This document shows positions 1 to 8,979 of a DNA stretch of 22,338 bases, one piece after another. Numbering within the stretch: position 1 is the first letter of the stretch; the number at the start of each line of letters is the position of its first letter. The notes below the pieces were generated by a model. It did no database searches and had not been told where the DNA came from. It saw only the letters and a list, made by a program, of their open reading frames with translations. Origin of the DNA: Vulcanisaeta sp. AZ3 (GTDB lineage: Archaea > Thermoproteota > Thermoprotei > Thermoproteales > Thermocladiaceae); assembly GCA_000960865.2 (NCBI GenBank), contig JZWU02000027.1, positions 1 through 22,338 on the forward strand, read 5' to 3'. A program made the translations under genes and the position numbers.

Positions 1-3000
1 CTACTACCTACTAGCCGCAATGCTGGCTAACTACAGTACATCATCACCATACGCTATATTCAACTTCCCATCAATAGTGCCGCACCAAGGCACAATATTC
101 ATTAGACTATTCATGCCAGGCCAGACATTCTACATGAAGGTATTCTACCTAGGCCAGGAGGTATTCAACCAGTTAGTACCCGTACCACCACCAAATGAGA
201 ACGTAATCGTAACACCAACCGGAGAAGTGGAGTATACAACAAGTCCAGTAACTGTCTACATAGCTGGTACACCAGAGACAATACCGCCCAACGGCACAAT
301 AATCATAGAGACATCGGTCTACCCAGTAACCTTCAACATAACTAGTAAGAGCGGCATATACCCAGTGGGTAACACCTACCTAGGCCTAACATTCACAGAC
401 GTACTCTACAGAGAGTACGTGATGCCAGGTTCATCACTATCTACCACGACAACCCAGACATACATAAGCAACTTACTATATCCATTCAATGTAACAGGCT
501 CAGGAATATTAACACCAAGTAAGCTAGAGTTGCTAAAGTATGGACAAGCATCAATAGTTGAAACATACGATACAATGACCGAGAATTACAACCCACAGGC
601 AGTAGCAAGCCAGGAACTAATTGATAATACGTATTCATTCGCAGGTTATGTACTGCCTAACCTAGGCGGGTTCTTCGTTAATTCCAGCAGTCCAACCACA
701 AGCTTAACACCACTATACATGACTAGCATCTACCCGAATGTGTTCAGCAATGTGCCAACTGCAGTGGCGTTTAACTTAACCATGGGATTACCAACATATG
801 GATATATCACCACTGGAGTAGTCGCCCTTGCATATCCAAATGATTCATTCCTCTACGCACCATCAGTAGCTTACAGTGAGTATAGGCTATTGGTTAATGA
901 GTCATTGATGGAGCCCACATCTGTGACGCTCAACGGCACAATAGTAAAATTAACGAATCTAACTGTCGTATACCCACCAACCTACGCAATTGAAGTGTCC
1001 CAGTCCTACTTGAGTAAGTTGAACTTCACGTACTATGCAATACCGAACATGGCAAGCTATAGGTTGTGGGAGGCTTACGTAAATGCCACTGGCATGACGT
1101 CAGTGACTAATGCAACCGTAGCCATCTATGCCGCTAACAAGACTGGTTGGTACTACGTCTACAGTGTTAATGTTTTGCCAACTTTTGAGAGCGCTATGAA
1201 GAGGACACTACCGCTATACGTGTACTTGAGCTATGCTAAGATAAGTAGTGTTGTTGAGTCACCAACTGAGGTTGCTGTTGTACTTTACGTATATGGTAGT
1301 GGCACATACTACATACTACCACCAGCCTACTACGGCGACCACGCACACCTTGAGTACCCACCAATCAGCAGCGGATTCGGTGGTGTAGTGCATCACTACA
1401 CGAAGAACCTATACGTAACATCAACAGGCACCACTGAGACCCTAACCTTCACGTACCCGAGTGTAAATGCAACATGGTATCCATACTTCGGAAGCTCATT
1501 GACAGTAGTAATACCAGTTGGGTCTAATGGTAAGGCTGTGTTTGATGTGCCGTGGTGGGCACCAACAACTGGCGCCTATGGTACGAGGATAGCTAGATTC
1601 TGGATAATGGGTACTAAAAACACGGAGCGTGTTGGTTATGGAACAATAACAACAATAATAACGCCAAGCCAGTATGTGGCAGGTACAGTATCACCATTAC
1701 CAGAGTATGCTGTAAGTAGTTACGTACTGCTAAACTACATAACACCAATGAGTGGAGCAACTGAAGTCTACACTGGCGAGATACCTTATGGCTATGTAAA
1801 AAGTAATGCAACAAGTACTGGTGGTCTATACATGACTGCAATTGGTGCTGGGACGGGCGGTACATCAGCACCAATGCTTACATTCGACACATTATTCCCA
1901 GAGAACTTATGGAATGTTACATTAAGTGCAATACAGGCTGTTAATGGTGTGTATAACCTGAGGACTGTTGCTCTAGAGAGTGTTGATATATTCAATGGCG
2001 CCACATTCCCAATAATAGTCACTGGGATACAGTACTCAAATCCAAGCGGTACAAGTAAAGTTAGTGTATCACCAACAGTAGTGAAGCCAGGTACAATGGT
2101 GGAGATACCTATTAAATACATCTACGGTAGCACGTATAAGTTCAATGCAAAGTGGTGTGACTTAGGCAACTACTCACTGTACATACCTGACTTAAGCGCT
2201 ACATTCTACTATGAGCCACCTAACGCCACCTTCTACTTCGCCAACGGTACCAAGCTGCAATTCAAAGTGTACCCGAGTGGCACGGTAATGATTGGGTCAC
2301 ATTCCTACAATATAAGCCAGCTAGAGGCTCCATTGAAGTCAGTGGCTATTAACTTCACAACACTATATGCAGGTAGCGAGTTGACCAAGTTGAATACTTC
2401 AGTTGGAATACCGCAGTACAATAACTACTACAATGCATCAGCGACGTCAATAACTGGTGCTGACTCCTTCGTGCATATGAACTTACCATATCCAACATTT
2501 GTTAAAACTGGACCAGCATATTGGAACATAGCAGGTTATGCAGGCCCACTATCAAGTGCAAGTAATGATACTGAGGCTAAGCTATACTTCACATACTCAG
2601 CCGCACCACTAAGTGCTATTGAGGATTGGGATGGTAGGCCTCTACCCAACCAGATGATTGTTGAGTATGGTGTAGGCACATCACCAGTACTATGTGCTGG
2701 CACTGCACCAATAGCCATAGACTTCAGTGGCCCGACTGGGCAATTAATGCAGCCGTTGCCAGCTGGTGCCAATAGGACTGTTGTGTATTGGTACGACAGC
2801 TGCTTACTCTATGATATAACCAACGGTGCCTACCCGTACATCAACATATACGATACTAACATACTCACTGACGTGCAGACACTAGGTAATGCCTTCACAG
2901 CGACTTCAATTGAGACTCATGTTGTGCCCGCCACAATATACCTAAAGAGCGCCACTGGTACTGGCATACCTGGTGCCCTTGTGGTTGCGTTTGATGAGCC

Positions 3001-4093
3001 AACAATGGGTAATGAGTTCCTAGCCTTTAACGTGACTGGCACTGATGGTTCAATAACACCAGTTGATTATAGGATATACCCACCAAGCACAAGCCAGTTA
3101 CCACCAACTAACTACTACCTAGTTGCCTACTACAAAGCTACTGGTGCTCCGTTAACATGGCAGGAGGTGAAGGAGGCAATAAGTAGTCACACTACATTAT
3201 ACTTAGTACCTGTCTTTGAGAATACATTTAGTATACAGAGGACTGTCACGGCTACTGAGGCTATAGAATCATTCACATTAACTAACGTATTAACAACAGC
3301 TAATATAGTGGTTGTCTTGTCAAGCTTCGGCCCAGCACCGGGTGTTTCACTAAGCTATAGTGTGAGTGAGCCTGAGTGCCCAATCACAATAACATCCATT
3401 ACGCCAGCATCTACAACGGTTGGTTATGTCTATAGTGTATCGCCGTTAATGCCATCGCCAAGCGTGTGCAAGCCAGTAACTGCTGTAACTGGTAGTGGCA
3501 CAACGAATAGTTATGGGCAATTAACAACAGCGACGTTCGTGACACCTGTGTCTCCATTTGCAGCCCAAGTCACAGTAACTGTGCAGTCCTGGAAGGGCAT
3601 ATCACTAGGCTACACCTACACCTACTATGTGACTGGCAGTAATGCAACAACACCATTACAGATATCCGTGCCGGCTGTGCAGTTAACTGTGACACCAGTA
3701 AGTGCTAGTGGGCAGCCATTAACGACAGAGGCTACTGTAAATGTGACGTGCGGTGGTGTGCCTATTGCCAGTGGTGTTGGTACGCAGACTGTGGTTGCTC
3801 CAATACCGAGTAGTGGTAGTATTACATGTACATTGGCTGGGTATAGCTATGGTAAGTCTGTAAGTACCACAGTAACTTTGACTAGTAGTGAGGCTGGGCA
3901 GACAATAACGAGGACACTCACAATACCAGTGAGCGGTTATTATGTGCCTGGTGTTGGTTTCGTGCCGACTAGTACATTCATATTGTTAGCCGTTGTGATA
4001 ATAATAGTGATAATACTAATAGTGATACTACTGGTTGAGTACAGCAACTGGAGGAGAAGGAGACTAGCTGGCTTATTAGGCCCAGGTAAGTAA
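1..4093 (+). CDS. Large S-layer-like cell-surface glycoprotein with C-terminal membrane anchor; 5' end lies upstream of the window
   Basis: Frame 2 is open from base 2 (YYLLAAM...), so the ATG at 20 is probably internal. More than 1357 aa, T/S/Y/V/P/G-rich and charge-poor, with many N-x-S/T sequons (NYS, NGT, NIT, NVT, NAT). The C-terminal hydrophobic helix (FILLAVVIIIVIILIVILLV) is followed by EYSNWRRRR. Confidence 0.75.
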   Translation, partial: YYLLAAMLANYSTSSPYAIFNFPSIVPHQGTIFIRLFMPGQTFYMKVFYLGQEVFNQLVPVPPPNENVIVTPTGEVEYTTSPVTVYIAGTPETIPPNGTIIIETSVYPVTFNITSKSGIYPVGNTYLGLTFTDVLYREYVMPGSSLSTTTTQTYISNLLYPFNVTGSGILTPSKLELLKYGQASIVETYDTMTENYNPQAVASQELIDNTYSFAGYVLPNLGGFFVNSSSPTTSLTPLYMTSIYPNVFSNVPTAVAFNLTMGLPTYGYITTGVVALAYPNDSFLYAPSVAYSEYRLLVNESLMEPTSVTLNGTIVKLTNLTVVYPPTYAIEVSQSYLSKLNFTYYAIPNMASYRLWEAYVNATGMTSVTNATVAIYAANKTGWYYVYSVNVLPTFESAMKRTLPLYVYLSYAKISSVVESPTEVAVVLYVYGSGTYYILPPAYYGDHAHLEYPPISSGFGGVVHHYTKNLYVTSTGTTETLTFTYPSVNATWYPYFGSSLTVVIPVGSNGKAVFDVPWWAPTTGAYGTRIARFWIMGTKNTERVGYGTITTIITPSQYVAGTVSPLPEYAVSSYVLLNYITPMSGATEVYTGEIPYGYVKSNATSTGGLYMTAIGAGTGGTSAPMLTFDTLFPENLWNVTLSAIQAVNGVYNLRTVALESVDIFNGATFPIIVTGIQYSNPSGTSKVSVSPTVVKPGTMVEIPIKYIYGSTYKFNAKWCDLGNYSLYIPDLSATFYYEPPNATFYFANGTKLQFKVYPSGTVMIGSHSYNISQLEAPLKSVAINFTTLYAGSELTKLNTSVGIPQYNNYYNASATSITGADSFVHMNLPYPTFVKTGPAYWNIAGYAGPLSSASNDTEAKLYFTYSAAPLSAIEDWDGRPLPNQMIVEYGVGTSPVLCAGTAPIAIDFSGPTGQLMQPLPAGANRTVVYWYDSCLLYDITNGAYPYINIYDTNILTDVQTLGNAFTATSIETHVVPATIYLKSATGTGIPGALVVAFDEPTMGNEFLAFNVTGTDGSITPVDYRIYPPSTSQLPPTNYYLVAYYKATGAPLTWQEVKEAISSHTTLYLVPVFENTFSIQRTVTATEAIESFTLTNVLTTANIVVVLSSFGPAPGVSLSYSVSEPECPITITSITPASTTVGYVYSVSPLMPSPSVCKPVTAVTGSGTTNSYGQLTTATFVTPVSPFAAQVTVTVQSWKGISLGYTYTYYVTGSNATTPLQISVPAVQLTVTPVSASGQPLTTEATVNVTCGGVPIASGVGTQTVVAPIPSSGSITCTLAGYSYGKSVSTTVTLTSSEAGQTITRTLTIPVSGYYVPGVGFVPTSTFILLAVVIIIVIILIVILLVEYSNWRRRRLAGLLGPGK

Positions 4094-4134
4094 GCCCCCT
4101 AATTAACTCAAACGCCCCTTTAAAACCCCTTAAA

Positions 4135-4161
4135 TTCTTCCTTTTTCTTTCTTTCTCCTTC
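4135..4161 (+). terminator. Pyrimidine/oligo-T tract, probable archaeal terminator of the S-layer-like gene
   Basis: ttcttcctttttctttctttctccttc about 40 nt after the stop codon; archaeal terminators are typically U-rich tracts. Confidence 0.6.
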
Positions 4162-4189
4162 ACCCCAATCTAATTCTTTAGTATATTTA

Positions 4190-4224
4190 CGTGATGAATT
4201 ATACAATGTATTTAATACATCACG
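4190..4224. repeat. Imperfect inverted repeat (palindrome)
   Basis: cgtgatg-a-att-ataca-a-tgtat-tt-aat-a-catcacg: outer 7-bp arms cgtgatg/catcacg, with inner arms att/aat and ataca/tgtat. Confidence 0.55.
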
Positions 4225-4328
4225 GCATCTTGTTAAGTTGTTTCAATAAGTTGGGAGTAAAAGTCAGGACGAAAGCTGTGTAGAGACGCAACGGCTCTCT
4301 CAAGTCTTATTTGCTAGTAAAGCGTTAC

Positions 4329-4612
4329 AAGTCTCGCCTTTTAAGCGGGTAAGTTTTATGTTCTAGTTTTTCGATTTAGGTGAAGTTCCTCACGTGAGAT
4401 GCCTACCCTACTGTAGCAGGCTTTAACTTGCAAAATCAACTTATACATACGTAACACCATATAAAAATACATGGCAGTTCCGTAGAATGGGTAAAGATAA
4501 TGGGCTGAAGACTTAGCCTATGGTCTACCGCTGGATGGAGTGGGTTGTCGTGAAATCACAAAGCCAATGAACCTCTAGAGGGGAATCCATATCAGGGTGG
4601 AAATGAGGTTAA
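4329..4612 (+). mobile_element. Decayed, internally deleted IS200/IS605-family (tnpB-type) remnant
   Basis: Left-end-like hairpin ctcgc-cttttaa-gcggg (4333-4349) just after TTAC (4325-4328). 4490-4612 (gataatgggctgaagacttagcctatggtctaccgctgga...cacaaagccaatgaacc...cagggtggaaatgaggttaa) resembles from memory the tnpB 3'/right end of crenarchaeal IS605 elements. No intact ORF. Confidence 0.65.
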
Positions 4613-4715
4613 TTAATAAGCGCGTTTCCTAGTTATTTGGAATAGAAATTAGACATAATATAAAGCACTTTTTAACTATTTATTCAAAGCAATGCATGTT
4701 GATAATGAAGAAAAA

Positions 4716-4729
4716 GAAATACTTAAAAG
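4716..4729 (+). promoter_or_regulatory. Putative BRE/TATA box for the S53 protease (leaderless transcript)
   Basis: gaaatacttaaaag, with the TATA-like cttaaaa about 26-32 nt before the ATG at 4754. Confidence 0.45.
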
Positions 4730-4753
4730 CATTAAAGAGATAAAGATTAGTGT

Positions 4754-6652
4754 ATGACGAATATTACGAGAATATCCACAGTAATTGCGGTGGTTATAAT
4801 GCTTATGTTAATGGTGTCAGTAGCCTATGCTCAGCAATTACCCGTTGGTCCATCAACAACTCCTCAATACTTCACATGTACTGAGGTAATTCCCAGTGCT
4901 CCTAATTCTACTCTTAGTCATGTGATTGTTTGGTTGAGGCTTAGTAATGTGACTACATCTAATGGCTTATACTACCTTCTTAATCAGATGTATTATAACC
5001 CATCCAGCCCATACTTCCATAGCTTCATAACAGCTCAGGAGTTTGCTGAATGGTACTCACCACCAAGCAGTGTAACTACTTACATAATAAACCTAGCGAA
5101 GAGTTATGGTTTAATTATTAATTACACATTCCCAATGCTCATAGAGGCAAGTGGGAATGCTTCGGCCGTCGACAACTTCATAAACGCATTGCAAACCGCA
5201 CCGAGCAATGTGCAGGAATGGGTACTATCAGGAGAATGCATACCAATTGGATACTTCTACGTAAATACTAGGTCTCCTACGTATAAGCCTCAATATGAAT
5301 TACTTTATCTAAACACTACGAATGTGAATTCCATACTTCGCACAAACGTGACGATATTAAACGGGGTCTCATTGCAAGTCATGTATCATAAAGCTGAGAT
5401 TTGGTTACCAGAAGGTCTTGAGTTTATTTATGATGAAATTCCGCTATTTAAACAGGGCTTTGATGGTGGTGGTGTGACTATTGCGATTGTTGATGCTTTT
5501 GGAGACTTTAACTTCACATTAGCCAATCAATATGTTTATCAAAATATTGCATGCAATGATCTATATACTTTTGACTACATCTTTAGCCTACCAAATCCAC
5601 CGTCATGCAAGGTAATATACCCAACAGGGATTCCCATACTAACGCAGAATAATATAAACACAGCTGAAGGTTGGGCTGTTGAGACCGCGCTGGATATTGA
5701 GTATGCACATACAATGGCTCCTGGTGCTAACATACTCCTCGTAATATCGCCAGATTCAGGCGATGATTTATTTGTTGATATTGAGTATGTTGTGAATAAT
5801 AGTCTCGCTAACTTCATAAGCCTAAGCTGGGGTTCCCCAGAGGACTTATTCTACATACCACCTGTTTCTTACAACCTACTCTATGCTTATGATGAGATTT
5901 TCATGCAAGCCGCAGCAGAAGGCATTGGTGTATTTGCAGCCAGTGGTGATTCAGGTGCCTTTGATATATATGTTACTCCCATGGAGCCTAGTGTTCTGAA
6001 TCCAGCAAGTGATCCTTGGGTTACGGCTGTTGGCGGCACAACACTCAAGGCAATAATCGGCTCTGTCACCACAAGCCGTGTTGAATATGCTTGGAACTGG
6101 AACCCATATTACATGTGGGGTAGTGGTGGTGGTTACTCTTTTGCATTTCTAGAGACTCCTGGACAGGCCTTGGCGCATATAATTTATGAGCATATTTATG
6201 TCTATGAGCCAGATCTGGGCGTACTCTTCTATACGCCTGGTCATAGGGGTGTTCCAGACATAGCGGCTGATGCTAACCCATTTACGGGCGTGCTTATTGT
6301 TCTTAATGGTGTAATACCGCCATACTTAATAGGCGGTACTAGCCTAGCCACACCGCTATCCGCAGGCATGACTAGTACTATTCAAAGTACTATTCCGAGT
6401 TTTAGGGTAGGTGATTTAGTACCATCACTATACCTACTTTATCATTATTATTGGCCGCAGTTCTATGCATTTAGTACGGTATACTCAACAAGTCAGTTCT
6501 TCACGGGAATACCTGGTGCCTTATTCCCAACACTTAGTGGTGAAAATGGTCTGTACTACGTTATTCCTGGTCAGTGGAATCCAGTAGATGGCCTAGGGCA
6601 AATAAACGTTTACGGTTTGGCATCCCTACTTAATGACGCATACCTTCACTAA
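4754..6652 (+). CDS. Secreted peptidase S53 (sedolisin/kumamolisin family) with N-terminal prodomain
   Basis: Signal peptide ending in AYA/QQ; prodomain YYNPSSPYFHSFIT..EF; catalytic ExxxD (ETALDIEYAH); oxyanion SGDSG; PASDPWVTAVGGT; RGVPDIAADA; catalytic Ser in GGTSLATP; terminal WNPVDGLG. Confidence 0.93.
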   Translation: MTNITRISTVIAVVIMLMLMVSVAYAQQLPVGPSTTPQYFTCTEVIPSAPNSTLSHVIVWLRLSNVTTSNGLYYLLNQMYYNPSSPYFHSFITAQEFAEWYSPPSSVTTYIINLAKSYGLIINYTFPMLIEASGNASAVDNFINALQTAPSNVQEWVLSGECIPIGYFYVNTRSPTYKPQYELLYLNTTNVNSILRTNVTILNGVSLQVMYHKAEIWLPEGLEFIYDEIPLFKQGFDGGGVTIAIVDAFGDFNFTLANQYVYQNIACNDLYTFDYIFSLPNPPSCKVIYPTGIPILTQNNINTAEGWAVETALDIEYAHTMAPGANILLVISPDSGDDLFVDIEYVVNNSLANFISLSWGSPEDLFYIPPVSYNLLYAYDEIFMQAAAEGIGVFAASGDSGAFDIYVTPMEPSVLNPASDPWVTAVGGTTLKAIIGSVTTSRVEYAWNWNPYYMWGSGGGYSFAFLETPGQALAHIIYEHIYVYEPDLGVLFYTPGHRGVPDIAADANPFTGVLIVLNGVIPPYLIGGTSLATPLSAGMTSTIQSTIPSFRVGDLVPSLYLLYHYYWPQFYAFSTVYSTSQFFTGIPGALFPTLSGENGLYYVIPGQWNPVDGLGQINVYGLASLLNDAYLH

Positions 6653-7019
6653 AGACCTATGACTTACACATTAACCTCTCAAAATTAATCTTCCCCTTCT
6701 TTCCATTCTATTCTCGCTTATATTAAAAATGAAGTACTACTAGCTTAGGCAAGTAATGAAGTACTCCATGCTTGTTTCAATGACCCTCGGTGATTTTAAA
6801 AGTTCTTGCTTATACAAGCGTAAGTAAGAGCTAGTGTAAGGAATTGTTCAGGCTATATAACAGTCATGATATGCACATTAAGTAATGAATTATTTACAGG
6901 TGTAACTGTTTCATGAGTGCTTACGGCATTGGCTACAGTAGTTCAACAACACCTAATGGTTGGGATGTAGAGATTTAATTATTGTTTTATTACCCTCACT
7001 GGTGCTTGGCTTGGGCTAT

Positions 7020-7553
7020 TCAATGTTTAAGTATGTTTAGTACTTGGTTTAGGTCTTCTTTTGTGTTTATGTTTATTAGTTCTGTTGTCCATGGGATTAT
7101 TATTGATGCCCATGGTATTATGCCATTAATCATTGTGATACTCCTCACATAACTTATTCCTGTGTACTCATAGTTATGGTTTCTCTCGGCGATGAGTGTT
7201 ATCATTGGGGTTCTTATGTAGGCGGTTAATCTTAGGAATTTGAGTATGAGGTTTTTGCTTAGTAGTGGTAGGTCGCTGGGTAGTATTAGGGTTGGTGTGT
7301 TTGTGGTTTTTAGGGCTTCGAGTATGTCGTTTGGGTAGCCATTACCGCTGGTTAGTATTACTTCGTATCCTCTTTCTTTACTCCATTTGATGATATCGTT
7401 GTGTCTTGCTGTTGTTGCTATGTGTATTGTTCCTAATCCATTTACTGCCTCTATTACATGCTCGATCATTGGTTTATTTAGTAATTTGATTAGGGGTTTG
7501 TTTGGGTTTCCGATTCTGCTGCCTTTTCCGCCTGCCATTATTACTATTATCAT
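7020..7553 (-). CDS. cobY: Nucleotidyltransferase, CobY-like (adenosylcobinamide-phosphate guanylyltransferase; NTP_transf_3)
   Basis: MAGGKGSRIG..KPLI...KPMI, GNGY..D, LPSDLPL and terminal NINTKEDL; 177 aa. Its start overlaps the stop of the upstream gene by 4 bp. Confidence 0.65.
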   Translation of the reverse strand: MIIVIMAGGKGSRIGNPNKPLIKLLNKPMIEHVIEAVNGLGTIHIATTARHNDIIKWSKERGYEVILTSGNGYPNDILEALKTTNTPTLILPSDLPLLSKNLILKFLRLTAYIRTPMITLIAERNHNYEYTGISYVRSITMINGIIPWASIIIPWTTELININTKEDLNQVLNILKH

Positions 7554-8413
7554 GCCTTCTCTACACCTAGGGCTTTGAGGATTAGTCTTCCTAGGGTTTT
7601 TGTGTTTTCATTGTTGGAGTCTAGGAGTACGTGGGCTGAGAGGTCGTGTAGGCCGGCTTCTGTGTATAGTTTGAATTCTGGTATGTAGTCTTTTGTTATT
7701 ATTGTGTACCATAGGGAGCCTATGAGTTTTGTTGTGTTTCTTGTGTGGACGTCTTCTATTGTGAAGTTTCTGATGATGCTAATGTCGTTTTTAATGATGG
7801 TCTTTGATTTCGTGTTCTTGGTTTCTAGGTCTTTTCTTGTGTTTATGTTGGTTAGTGTTTTTGGGTCTAGTCCGTGGGTTTGGGGGTTTAGGAATATTGC
7901 TTTGGGTGAGCCGCGTACTATGTCGAATATTTTGCTTCTGCCCATGTGTGATAATTCATTTAGTATTTCGAGTGCTATGTCTTTTCTTAATGCTATGAGT
8001 GCGTTTACTATGTGGCCGTTGGGTAGTATGTATGTTGCTGTGTCGAAGTGTTGAACGTATTTTATTAGTAATTCTATGTTGTTTGGTGTTATGTATGGCG
8101 TATCATTTGGTAGTATGACTGCGTGGTCTTCGTTGCATGCCTTAAGTCCTGAGTATATTCCGGCTAGGGGGCCTGTTAGTGCTTTATGGTCAGTTACGTA
8201 CTTGACATTAGGTATGATTTCCCTATACCTATTTGCTCTGTCTTCATTATTTACTGCGATTATTAATTCGTTGAGTATTTCCTTGGCTTTGTCGATTATG
8301 TGCATGATCATTGGTTTTCCATTTATTGGGTATAGGGCTTTATCGATCCAGGGTGAGTCTGGTTTTTGGAATCTCCTTGATAGTCCGCCACTTAGTATTA
8401 TACCGCAGGCCAC
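7550..8413 (-). CDS. mobA: Molybdenum cofactor guanylyltransferase MobA-like, with about 90-aa C-terminal extension
   Basis: ILSGGLSRRF, DKAL..INGKPMI, GPLAGIYSGL, PNDTPYI and NINTRKDL motifs. Confidence 0.78.
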   Translation of the reverse strand: MACGIILSGGLSRRFQKPDSPWIDKALYPINGKPMIMHIIDKAKEILNELIIAVNNEDRANRYREIIPNVKYVTDHKALTGPLAGIYSGLKACNEDHAVILPNDTPYITPNNIELLIKYVQHFDTATYILPNGHIVNALIALRKDIALEILNELSHMGRSKIFDIVRGSPKAIFLNPQTHGLDPKTLTNINTRKDLETKNTKSKTIIKNDISIIRNFTIEDVHTRNTTKLIGSLWYTIITKDYIPEFKLYTEAGLHDLSAHVLLDSNNENTKTLGRLILKALGVEKA

Positions 8414-8419
8414 TGATTA

Positions 8420-8944
8420 TTATTGTTCTGGTGGTTTAATAAGTCTCGCTAGTCTTGCCCTTCTCCAATTATAATACTCTATTAATGCTATTACTATCAA
8501 TACTATTACTATTATTATTGCGATGGCTATGGCAATAAGTGTACTAATTGGTATGAAGCCGATGCCAGGTACGTAATAACCAGTTACTGGTATTACTAGG
8601 GTTATTGGTATTGTTTCACCACTTTTGCTAGTTGTGAGTGTTATGTTTTTGCTTGAGTATATTCCGAAGGAGTAAGCATATACTTTGCAGGTTATGCTTC
8701 CTGTGCTTGGTATTGGTATTACTGTACTAAGGTGACCTACTTCGCTTGTATTTAGTCCTTCGCAGTTTAGTCCTACGATTGCGTATTTGGTGAGTGGCAT
8801 TCCGTTGGCTGATAATGCGGTTATGGTGATGTTAACTGCTGGTATTGTTATTTGGATTTGTTGGGCTATTGTTGGTATTGTGCTTAGGCTGAGTATTATT
8901 AATGATAATAATATAATTAGAGTTAGGTATTGCTTATCCATCAT
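8420..8944 (-). CDS. Small exported membrane-anchored protein, paralog of the C-terminal ~145 aa of the S-layer-like protein
   Basis: N-terminal signal peptide, then direct alignment to 3659-4093 (PAV, SAxGxPLT, PIPSxGSITC, IPVxGYYVPGxGFxPxST, TM, EYxNWRRxRLA). Confidence 0.88.
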   Translation of the reverse strand: MMDKQYLTLIILLSLIILSLSTIPTIAQQIQITIPAVNITITALSANGMPLTKYAIVGLNCEGLNTSEVGHLSTVIPIPSTGSITCKVYAYSFGIYSSKNITLTTSKSGETIPITLVIPVTGYYVPGIGFIPISTLIAIAIAIIIVIVLIVIALIEYYNWRRARLARLIKPPEQ

Positions 8945-8979
8945 GTTTGATTATTCCTGGGGAAATAAATTGCTAACTC

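Noticed and set aside
1614-2772. Antisense ORFs inside the S-layer gene (1614-1874, 1792-2121, 2536-2772)
   Set aside because: They are shadow frames of a long coding gene, with no recognisable motifs.
3978-4163. 61-aa minus-strand ORF starting MKEKERKRK
   Set aside because: Its basic start is just the complement of the pyrimidine terminator tract, and it overlaps the S-layer 3' end.
6728-6765. Direct repeat aatgaagtact twice (6728-6738, 6755-6765)
   Set aside because: Only two 11-bp copies in AT-rich DNA; too short and too few for CRISPR or a C/D RNA, and no cas genes are present.
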